Positions 8,880 to 16,035 of a stretch of 64,000 bases of DNA are shown piece after piece. A model generated the notes under the pieces. That model made no database searches, was not told where the DNA came from, and saw only the letters and a list, made by a program, of their open reading frames with translations. The DNA is taken from IMG/VR virus record IMGVR_UViG_3300042549_007727. One strand, written 5' to 3'. Position numbers and translations under genes: made by a program. Within the stretch, counting starts at the first letter, position 1. The number at the start of each line of letters is the position of its first letter. Source of the stretch: a virus.

Positions 8880-8905
8880 GATTAGCCCCAACTAACCCCC
8901 CAAAT

Positions 8906-8949
8906 GCGGGCAATAGAGAGATTCCCCCTTTCTATTGCCCGTTTTCTTT
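8906..8949 (+). terminator. intrinsic terminator with ATTCCCC loop
   Basis: 15-bp stem GCGGGCAATAGAGAG / CTTTCTATTGCCCGT + T tract. Confidence 0.8.
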
Positions 8950-8962
8950 GCGTGCCGGTAAG

Positions 8963-9033
8963 GTATCCACTTTTTACTGGGCTTGATTTTCTTTTTATGA
9001 AATACTTGTTTTTCTTTGTTAGTGTGTTATTGT
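8963..9033 (+). promoter_or_regulatory. 13-mer motif + promoter, unit 9
   Basis: Motif 8963; TGTTATTGT -10 at 9028. Confidence 0.65.
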
Positions 9034-9082
9034 TTATCTGTTGGGAAGTTCCCGACAAGAAACAAGAAAGTTGGGCAGAGAA

Positions 9083-9310
9083 GTGAAGTTTGTAATTAGG
9101 AGAGCAGTCTTAGGGTTGGTGGCTTTGCCAGTAATCGCTGGGACTTATGTTTTTATGTTTGTATTGCTAGGTTCGCTAAACAATACTTTATGGGGACTAA
9201 CCCTAGATGAAGTTTGGAATAACGGACTTTTGATTGGTTCGGTTAGTGCGGTTGCTTTCGCTTTCGCAACTCAGATTGACAAGCTAATTGCTAGATTGGT
9301 TGGTGAATAA
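9083..9310 (+). CDS. membrane protein (2 TM)
   Basis: GTG start; two hydrophobic segments. Confidence 0.65.
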   Translation: MKFVIRRAVLGLVALPVIAGTYVFMFVLLGSLNNTLWGLTLDEVWNNGLLIGSVSAVAFAFATQIDKLIARLVGE

Positions 9311-9444
9311 TGACTATCATTGTAATCAACCTAGACGGCTCAAGAACGCCTTACGGCTATTCGGCTCACTCATCAGACATCACCGATTACTATGACCGCC
9401 TAGTTGCGGAAAATAGAATCACCGCCTATGAGGTGATTTCCTAA
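9310..9444 (+). CDS. 44-aa hypothetical protein
   Basis: TAATG coupling at both ends. Confidence 0.55.
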   Translation: MTIIVINLDGSRTPYGYSAHSSDITDYYDRLVAENRITAYEVIS

Positions 9445-9590
9445 TGGGAGATTTTATTCTATTAGCGTTTGCTATCGGACTTATCTTTGGTGGCTTTACT
9501 CTTATGTTTTACAGTTTACTAACTGTAAAAAGAGATAACTACCGACCGAAGCATACACGCTCAACATACCTGCCCAACAGGAAAAGATAG
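9444..9590 (+). CDS. 48-aa single-TM protein
   Basis: MGDFILLAFAIGLIFGGFTLMFYSLL + basic tail; RBS GAGG. Confidence 0.55.
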   Translation: MGDFILLAFAIGLIFGGFTLMFYSLLTVKRDNYRPKHTRSTYLPNRKR

Positions 9591-9667
9591 TTCCCCCAAC
9601 TATCGGAAAGCCCTCGCCTTTGTGCGGGGGTTTTCTTTTTTCTGTTTTTTTTTTCTGACGAGAGCTG

Positions 9668-9728
9668 GTATCCACTTTTTGATGGAAGTTTTTTCGGCTT
9701 CCGTTTTGTCGGGCATTTATGCTAGTGT
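9668..9728 (+). promoter_or_regulatory. 13-mer motif + promoter, unit 10
   Basis: Motif 9668; TTTTGTCGG; TGCTAGTGT -10 at 9723. Confidence 0.7.
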
Positions 9729-9756
9729 TAGAGCTACCAATTAGAAAGGTTATCAA

Positions 9757-9924
9757 ATGGGAAAGTTAGTTGCAGAGCTAGGAACAAAAAAAGTCTTATC
9801 TCTAGTTGAAGGCGAAACAACAGTTTCGGCTTACTTACTCACGGAGAGTGAAGAGTTTCTTGCTGTCCTAAAGAGTGCCGACAGTCTAGAGCAGGTTCTA
9901 GATTGGGTAGAAGAAAACTACTAG
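9757..9924 (+). CDS. 55-aa hypothetical protein
   Basis: RBS GAAAGG; MGKLVAELGTKKVLSLVEGE... Confidence 0.6.
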   Translation: MGKLVAELGTKKVLSLVEGETTVSAYLLTESEEFLAVLKSADSLEQVLDWVEENY

Positions 9925-9935
9925 GAAGGTAGAAA

Positions 9936-10286
9936 ATGAAATTAGCTCTAAAGATAACGCCAGATGGCGTAGCAACTGAAATTGACATAGCCACGGACGA
10001 ATTGAAGAAACTACAAGACGCGGTTGATGGTCTAATTCAACCCGTTGATTTTGAGTTCGGCTCTAGGTATTTGACAATGTGGGTGAATGAAGAAGGACTA
10101 CTTAGAAACGATTTGGAAATGAATCCTGTCGCCTTTCTGTTTTACTCTTCACCGATAATGGGAAACATTATCATAACTGGCGCGCCAGATGAAGATGGCG
10201 AAACAACAAGCCTAGACAGCGCGACAGAGTTAGATGTTCTAAAAAGGATTTGTGAAAAGTTCCTAAGTTCTGTTGAACAAGTCTAA
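9936..10286 (+). CDS. DUF3846-like protein
   Basis: LQDAVDGLIQPV...MWVNEEGL...N..A...GNIIITG pattern. Confidence 0.65.
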   Translation: MKLALKITPDGVATEIDIATDELKKLQDAVDGLIQPVDFEFGSRYLTMWVNEEGLLRNDLEMNPVAFLFYSSPIMGNIIITGAPDEDGETTSLDSATELDVLKRICEKFLSSVEQV

Positions 10287-10359
10287 ATAAAAAACTAAAG
10301 CAACCCCGCCTTTGCGCGGGGTTTCTTTTTATCTTCCGTAAAAAGTCTGCCGTCAACTG

Positions 10360-10421
10360 GTATCCACTTTTTGATGCCTCTCTTAGTTGCGGTTGCTTTT
10401 TTCTTGCGTTTGTGTTATCTT
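10360..10421 (+). promoter_or_regulatory. 13-mer motif + promoter, unit 11
   Basis: Hairpin ~10303-10330; motif 10360; TGTTATCTT -10 at 10416. Confidence 0.65.
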
Positions 10422-10458
10422 GATTTGGCTTATAGCAACACTTAGTAGAAAGAGAAAA

Positions 10459-11397
10459 ATGAAAAGACAAATTAGTATCGCGCTCGCGGTGGCATTGCTT
10501 GCCGTTGGGACTACCCCCGCTAGCGCTGGAGTTCAAGGTGAAGTTAGTTCTTGGGGTCTAGATAGAGTAGACCAAACAGCGGGAACAGCAACACTAGATA
10601 GAAGCTACAAATACCCCGACAGCGCTGGCGCTGGAGTTCGCGTGTATGTTTTAGACACGGGAGTTCTTGGAACGCTACCTGGTTTCGGCGGGAGAGTTCT
10701 TACAGGGTTTGACACTCTCGCGGGACTTAGAACGCCACATCAGGCTAATCTTGACTGTAATGGTCATGGAACAGCCGTAGCTGGAATCATTGCTAGCGCG
10801 ACTTATGGAGTAGCTAAGAGCGCAACCATTGTGCCAGTTCGCGTTGCGGACTGTAAAGGTGGAATAGTTCCTGCCAACATTGTCAAGGGAATTGACTGGA
10901 TAATCAAGAATCACCCGCGCGGTACCCCTGCCGTTGTGAATCTAAGTATCGCGGTTGGTAAGACTAAGTTGGTTGATGACGCGATTACAAAACTCTACGG
11001 GATTGGTATAGTTTCAGTAGTTTCCGCTGGTAATCAAAACATAGACGCTTGTCGTCTAAGCCCCGCGGGAGCAACATACGCCCTTACCGTTGGGTCTATA
11101 AACATGAACGACCAAAGAACAAATACTTCTAACTTTGGCGAGTGTGTTTCTATGTACGCCCCTGGTGGTTTGATTACTACCGAGGGAACAAATGGTTTGC
11201 CCTCAACAAGAAGCGGAACATCTTTTTCCGCGCCTCATGTTGCTGGAGCAATAGCCTTGTATCTTTCAAGCAACCCTAAGGCAGACGCCCCCGCGACTGT
11301 TTGGGAGATTACAAGAAATGGTTTGAGTGGAGCTGTTGCTGACGCTAAGAGCGTTAGAGGCAATGTTCTACTCAACACCGCCTTTCTAAACAAGTAA
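10459..11397 (+). CDS. secreted subtilisin-like S8 serine protease (proteinase K/aqualysin-like)
   Basis: Signal peptide ending ASA; WGLDRVDQ; catalytic D (YVLDTG), H (GHGT), S (SGTSFSAPHVAG). Confidence 0.92.
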   Translation: MKRQISIALAVALLAVGTTPASAGVQGEVSSWGLDRVDQTAGTATLDRSYKYPDSAGAGVRVYVLDTGVLGTLPGFGGRVLTGFDTLAGLRTPHQANLDCNGHGTAVAGIIASATYGVAKSATIVPVRVADCKGGIVPANIVKGIDWIIKNHPRGTPAVVNLSIAVGKTKLVDDAITKLYGIGIVSVVSAGNQNIDACRLSPAGATYALTVGSINMNDQRTNTSNFGECVSMYAPGGLITTEGTNGLPSTRSGTSFSAPHVAGAIALYLSSNPKADAPATVWEITRNGLSGAVADAKSVRGNVLLNTAFLNK

Positions 11398-11456
11398 GCA
11401 ATAAGCAAAGACCCCCTGCCGTAATTGGCGGGGGGTTTTTTGCTAGCTGAAGGCGT

Positions 11457-11527
11457 GTATCCACTTTTTGACCTGTTGAAAAAACTTTTGCGGAATTGCT
11501 TGTTTTATCGGATTAGTATGCTATGAT
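11457..11527 (+). promoter_or_regulatory. 13-mer motif + promoter, unit 12
   Basis: Terminator ~11411-11441; motif 11457; TGCTATGAT -10 at 11522. Confidence 0.7.
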
Positions 11528-11590
11528 GATTACATCATCAAAAGATGATAATCCAAGCAACAAAAGCAACACCTAACAAAGGGGAATAAG

Positions 11591-11932
11591 TTGACAACAT
11601 CAACAACAACCGCAACAACAACCGCAACCAAGGCAACAAAAGTTGTTCTAGGACAAGTTCGGGAATTGACTGAGGTTAGGGCAGAAATTGCCAGACTGGA
11701 AAAACTAAAGTTGGCTCTCACCGCTGAAATTGAAAAGGCTTTTGAGGTTGACAAAGAAGCAAAGACCTCACGCTTTTCAACCCTTACTCACAATGCCATA
11801 GAGTTCGCAAGAATTGACTGGAGAAGCCGTAAGGGTATTGACTCAGAGAAGTTAGCCCTAGAGTTTCCTGAAGCGTTTGAGGCTTGCCAGAAGCCAACTG
11901 TTTACTCAGTAATAGTTTCCTTGTTCAAGTAA
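11591..11932 (+). CDS. small coiled-coil phage protein, paralog of 3845..4195
   Basis: TTG start after AAAGGGGAA; LTHNAIEFARI...IDSEKLALEFPEAF. Confidence 0.8.
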   Translation: MTTSTTTATTTATKATKVVLGQVRELTEVRAEIARLEKLKLALTAEIEKAFEVDKEAKTSRFSTLTHNAIEFARIDWRSRKGIDSEKLALEFPEAFEACQKPTVYSVIVSLFK

Positions 11933-12007
11933 AAGGGAGAGAGAAGCCCCCGCCGAAAGGTTGGGGGCTTTTCTTTTGCCAAAAAGTTTTACGGCGACTC
12001 GCGGGCT

Positions 12008-12079
12008 GTATCCACTTTTTGATTAGTCTTCCAGGTGTATCACGGGCTTAGGCTTTTTGTCTGTGGCAAATAGTATGCT
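12008..12079 (+). promoter_or_regulatory. 13-mer motif + promoter, unit 13
   Basis: Terminator ~11945-11977; motif 12008; TAGTAT/TATGCT at 12071/12074. Confidence 0.6.
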
Positions 12080-12135
12080 AATGATTACTAGCCAATTGGT
12101 TAGTAGTTGGGCAACAATTATTAGTTTGGAGAATC

Positions 12136-12339
12136 ATGAACATTAGTTCAGATACAAGGTCAACGCAAGAGTTGACTGTTGCGCTTATGGCACTAAACAC
12201 TACAACCCTTATTCCAACTGGATACGGGGTATCTCAGGACTGTGCAACAGCTATTGAGTTCTTGAAGCAACGCTCAGAACAGATGGCTAATGTTGCTAAG
12301 GAAATTGAGAAGCTACTAGGGGGAGTTCACCGTGGCTAA
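12136..12339 (+). CDS. hypothetical protein
   Basis: RBS GGAG. Confidence 0.65.
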   Translation: MNISSDTRSTQELTVALMALNTTTLIPTGYGVSQDCATAIEFLKQRSEQMANVAKEIEKLLGGVHRG

Positions 12340-12571
12340 GTTTGTAATCACTAATGGCAGAGTTGGTAATGACAACGGTAATCAGCAATTTGTAGAACAC
12401 GCCTATTATCACCCTATGGGCAGGAAAGCCCTATTGAACAAGATTCAAGACCTAGCTAATAGAAGCGGATTAGAGTCTTGGGCAGAGCTATACACGGAAT
12501 GGAAAGATGAGAATAGGACTGGCAAAACACCGAATCGAATCTTCCCTAGAAAGCCGTATTCAACTTACTAA
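12332..12571 (+). CDS. hypothetical protein
   Basis: GTG start, RBS GGGGAG. Confidence 0.65.
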   Translation: MAKFVITNGRVGNDNGNQQFVEHAYYHPMGRKALLNKIQDLANRSGLESWAELYTEWKDENRTGKTPNRIFPRKPYSTY

Positions 12572-12592
12572 CTAGATACCTCAGTAAGTAAT

Positions 12593-12623
12593 GACCCCCT
12601 AGCTATACGGTTGGGGGGTCTTT
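12593..12623 (+). terminator. intrinsic terminator closing the early array
   Basis: GACCCCCTAGC-...-GTTGGGGGTC-TTT. Confidence 0.75.
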
Positions 12624-12719
12624 GCTATGCGGTATGCGGTTGAATAGTTTGGATTCATGAATGCTTGATCATGCGGATAGCAAAAACAATTATTGAATTA
12701 GTTTTTTGATAGATCAGGT

Positions 12720-13240
12720 TGACCCCCCCATGAAATAAGCCAAAAATAATTAGCGGGCGGGCGGGCATACCCCCCTCAGAAACTTATAGTTAGTAATAAA
12801 CTTACTTAGGTCTTTTCTAGTTCTTTCAGCTAGCCCTCATAGACGCCCCCCTGTAAGCCTCACTAGAAAGACACCCAACTTGGACAGCTAATGCTAGACG
12901 CCCCCTCAGAGTAGTAGTCATAGATTCTAAAGTCATGACCCCCTAAGAAAGACAACCTTGTCTTGTAAAGTTCTTAGTAATCTAGTATCCTTGACAATAG
13001 ATAGTAATTTTTATTTTTCTAGCTTGAAGCAAGGACTAATTTTTATAAAGAACAATTTTGTATGGCGTATTCAACAAGAATTGTTTTTGGAAGACCCCTT
13101 CACTTTTAGGAAACAATTTTGAAGTCCTTCAATTTCATACGGCTACCCTCTCACCCGTCAAAAGCAGTAGACGCTAAGGTACTAATTCTTCCGTTACGGA
13201 CACCCCCCTCTTTTTAAAAAACGCAATTACCCCCTGCCCC
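12720..13240 (+). repeat. non-coding region with repeated GAC(G)CCCCC / C-tract motifs
   Basis: C-tract motifs near 12721, 12769, 12842, 12897, 12937, 13093, 13199, 13229; no ORF. Confidence 0.6.
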
Positions 13241-13322
13241 AAAACGACAAAAAATCCGGAAAAAATTTTTCAAAAAAATTCGTCCAATAGCCCGATATCT
13301 ACATAGTGCTAAAATGTACCTT

Positions 13323-13832
13323 ATGCCCCGTAGAACAGCGCGAAGTCAGCCGCTACCCCCAGCCGAAGTTGAGTACCTAAACTCGCTTACAATAAACGCC
13401 CTTATCCCGAGAGTCAACGCACTGTATAACGCAGGGTGGGCGCTTCAAGCCATCGGGGAATGCCTATCCCCTAGACGCCCTAGATCCACGGTTCGCAGCT
13501 GGGTAGTTAAGTCTGCTGAGCTTGGGGCCCAAGAAGCAGTAGACGCCCCTACCCTCCCATCTCCTGTACATAAAACAGCAGCCGATGGGTATCAGAAACG
13601 CCGCCCTACATCTCCAGGTATCCCTGAGGACACTTTTGACGAGATTAGGTCCTTAGCGCCCCTAGCACGCTCCTACAGGGCCAAAATGGCCCAAACTAGC
13701 TCTGCGGCCGTAGCAAACCGCAGATTGACTGATATTTGCGCCAAATTGCACGAAAATGGCGTAGGAATAAGGGAATTAGCCGAGGCAGCAGGAGTAACAT
13801 ACCGCGCTATGTACAAGAGAATTAAGCTTTAA
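13323..13832 (+). CDS. double-HTH DNA-binding protein
   Basis: GWALQAIG and GVGIRELAEAAGVTYRAMYKRI; probable leaderless start 7 nt after TAAAAT. Confidence 0.7.
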   Translation: MPRRTARSQPLPPAEVEYLNSLTINALIPRVNALYNAGWALQAIGECLSPRRPRSTVRSWVVKSAELGAQEAVDAPTLPSPVHKTAADGYQKRRPTSPGIPEDTFDEIRSLAPLARSYRAKMAQTSSAAVANRRLTDICAKLHENGVGIRELAEAAGVTYRAMYKRIKL

Positions 13833-14051
13833 TCTCGATTTGACATCCTAAATCCGACACAATAGGGTTTTTGACGTGGTAAAATATTAACCGGAGAGCA
13901 CGTTCTTTCAATAAAAGGAAGGATGTGCTTTTTGGCATCTCTGGACATTTTGTGTTAGAGTGCAACCCACAACTGAATATGGAAAGAAAACCAAATAGAA
14001 CACTAAACGACCGAGTACTAAAGTATTCACTTCTGAAAGGTAGGTCGCTAA

Positions 14052-14804
14052 ATGCATAAGAGGTTCATTTCAATAAGTGCGATAGCACTAGTAATGACTG
14101 GCTCCACCGCAGCGTTCGGACAGATGTTAGAGTCCACCACCGCTGCGTCAGAACAAACATTAGTAACACAAGTAACAAAACCGGCTGAAATAATTGATTC
14201 TCCTGTACAAAAGGTAGAAATTGTTTCCGGCCCTGCTGTATCACCCGAGATTGCTGCGGGCCCTGTCCTAAAGTCAAGCGCACCGATCATTGGGTCGTAC
14301 GACTGGATGGCCCAGGAAAAAGCTGCAAAAGAAGCTCTCATGTCTGATGCTGAAAAAGTGCAAGCAGAACTAGAGGCAGAAATTGCTCGGCTAGAAAAAA
14401 TCGCCTCTGACACCAAAGCCCTAAACGAGGCTCTTGTCTTGGTTAAAAAACAAATTGGCATCACCCCTTGGGTTTTTCAGGGGTCAAGCCCCCGCGCCTG
14501 GGACTGCTCGGGTCTTGTAAAATGGACCTACGCCCAGCTTGGGATAGACCTGTATCACAGTGCCACATGGCAAAGATACTGGGGCGAGATTGTAGCCGAA
14601 CCTAAAATTGGAGACCTAGTGTCTTTCAATTACAAAAACTACTCAAGCGCCTACCATATTGGGATCTACGTTGGTCCTGATGAGATGATCCACGCTGGCG
14701 GTAAGCCAGGAGATAGGGCCGAAATAATCTCTATCAGCGAATGGGCAAAAGACAATTCGAATAGTGAAGTCATCTACACCCGACTAATTGAAACTAACAA
14801 CTAG
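14052..14804 (+). CDS. NlpC/P60 (C40) peptidoglycan endopeptidase with signal peptide
   Basis: WDCSGLV catalytic Cys, YHIGIY His, MIHA; N-terminal signal and coiled coil. Confidence 0.9.
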   Translation: MHKRFISISAIALVMTGSTAAFGQMLESTTAASEQTLVTQVTKPAEIIDSPVQKVEIVSGPAVSPEIAAGPVLKSSAPIIGSYDWMAQEKAAKEALMSDAEKVQAELEAEIARLEKIASDTKALNEALVLVKKQIGITPWVFQGSSPRAWDCSGLVKWTYAQLGIDLYHSATWQRYWGEIVAEPKIGDLVSFNYKNYSSAYHIGIYVGPDEMIHAGGKPGDRAEIISISEWAKDNSNSEVIYTRLIETNN

Positions 14805-14815
14805 TTAGGACGAGA

Positions 14816-14846
14816 GGCCCCTCCTTCGGGAGGGGTTTTTCTCTTT
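14816..14846 (+). terminator. intrinsic terminator
   Basis: CCCCTCC-TTCG-GGAGGGG-TTTT. Confidence 0.85.
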
Positions 14847-14921
14847 AAATTTGACTTGACAAACAAAATCATATACATTAGTGTTTAGTCAAGCATCACC
14901 CAAATAGAGAAAAGAGACAAA

Positions 14922-15179
14922 ATGAAGAACATATACAAAAGCATTGTTATCGCAGTTGTTTTTGGAAACATTATTGCGTTCCCGGTAGTTGCCTACACAT
15001 TCCCGTGGGACACATACCTGATTGATCCAACCCCCTACTACATTATTCAGTCAGAGTCGCTAGGTTTTTTGATTGCGGCATGTATTTTTGTCTACGAATG
15101 GGTTAAGTACGGCGAGAAGCCAAACTTTCTTAAACTTAAGTTAAAGCCTCGTACGCCTAAGCAGAAAACTACAAAATAG
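14922..15179 (+). CDS. membrane protein (2 TM)
   Basis: Hydrophobic segments; TTGACA promoter upstream. Confidence 0.65.
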   Translation: MKNIYKSIVIAVVFGNIIAFPVVAYTFPWDTYLIDPTPYYIIQSESLGFLIAACIFVYEWVKYGEKPNFLKLKLKPRTPKQKTTK

Positions 15180-15221
15180 TCCTGCCTTGCGCATACGACT
15201 AGATTGTGATAGTATAAAGCC

Positions 15222-15398
15222 ATGAACTTAGACAACACTCTCGCTTGGGTAGTACTTCTAGCAGTAATTGCTATTCTCTACTACCCGGTAGCTAAAAGAA
15301 TCTACAGAAGATGGAGACGGGCGCGTTTTCTAAAACAAGACCCGGCTCCACTCTTAGGTGTTGTATTTCCACCATCAGATAAGAAAGATGAATACTAA
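15222..15398 (+). CDS. 58-aa single-TM protein
   Basis: MNLDNTLAWVVLLAVIAILYY + Arg-rich; ATG 6 nt after TAGTAT. Confidence 0.55.
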   Translation: MNLDNTLAWVVLLAVIAILYYPVAKRIYRRWRRARFLKQDPAPLLGVVFPPSDKKDEY

Positions 15399-15563
15399 AT
15401 GCGTCTATTACTAGCGCTACGAGAAATCAACTGGCTCGCGGTAATTGCCCTGCTTGCAGCAATAGCTGCGGTTATCATTACCTACACAACTAACCCACCG
15501 CTTACAGGTCCAACGCTTGCACTAGCTGCAATCGCCCTAGCTAAGCTGTCCGAGAAAGATTAA
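15399..15563 (+). CDS. 54-aa membrane protein
   Basis: Two hydrophobic stretches, abuts neighbours. Confidence 0.55.
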   Translation: MRLLLALREINWLAVIALLAAIAAVIITYTTNPPLTGPTLALAAIALAKLSEKD

Positions 15564-15567
15564 AATA

Positions 15568-15738
15568 ATGGACGCCCTTACTGTAATCATACTTATCGTC
15601 TTAGGACTTATGGTCTTAGGGGTATTCCTTTGGTTTTTTCTAGGATTTCTAATATTTATGGGTGCGGCTTCGATTAAAGATCTACACGACGACTATCCGC
15701 CAAGAGAAGAAAACTTTAGAGATACGAGGACTAAGTGA
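15568..15738 (+). CDS. 56-aa membrane protein
   Basis: MDALTVIILIVLGLMVLGVFLWFFLGFLIF. Confidence 0.55.
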   Translation: MDALTVIILIVLGLMVLGVFLWFFLGFLIFMGAASIKDLHDDYPPREENFRDTRTK

Positions 15739-16022
15739 GCCCCAACCACACTAAAACTCTGACTGTGTTCGGGTCAGATGATTTGAGAGACGCTTTACCG
15801 CAGAGCGGCGTTTTTGATATGCTCGACTGCGAAGTAGAGCTATTGTGCCCGCCCACAGCGCCAACATCAGAAATCGAAAAAATGGTAAATATTATAGAAT
15901 CGATGATCAATGTAACAGACGTTAGGGTTACCGGAGTCCCTCGCTTTGAGGATGAGCAGACTTACAAAATAACAATCCAAAATGTACCCCTAGAGGTTGC
16001 AAGAGGAAGAAAAAAAGGATAA
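15735..16022 (+). CDS. hypothetical protein
   Basis: GTGA overlap with upstream gene, RBS GAGG. Confidence 0.6.
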   Translation: MSPNHTKTLTVFGSDDLRDALPQSGVFDMLDCEVELLCPPTAPTSEIEKMVNIIESMINVTDVRVTGVPRFEDEQTYKITIQNVPLEVARGRKKG

Positions 16023-16035
16023 GGTATTGACCACA

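Larger units (their letters stand above)
3724..12020 (+). repeat. array of 13 co-oriented intergenic GTATCCACTTTTT motifs, one ahead of each expression unit
   Basis: Copies start at 3724, 4258, 5065, 5628 (4-T variant), 6122, 6524, 7553, 8103, 8963, 9668, 10360, 11457, 12008; no full copy noticed elsewhere. Confidence 0.95.

Noticed and set aside
3724-12020. CRISPR array or integron attC array
   Set aside because: Repeats are only 13 bp, non-palindromic and separated by 0.4-1.1 kb of genes with their own promoters; no cas or integrase gene and no attC R'/R'' structure
3724-12020. DnaA-box replication origin
   Set aside because: Only 7/9 match, single dispersed copies tied to promoters, no clustered boxes; the one exact TTGTCCACA (4038) lies inside a gene and is probably chance
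13886-14051. c-di-AMP (ydaO) riboswitch before NlpC/P60
   Set aside because: Context fits, but hallmark segments (GGGGUGAAUC, CCCGUCAGCUAAC) are absent
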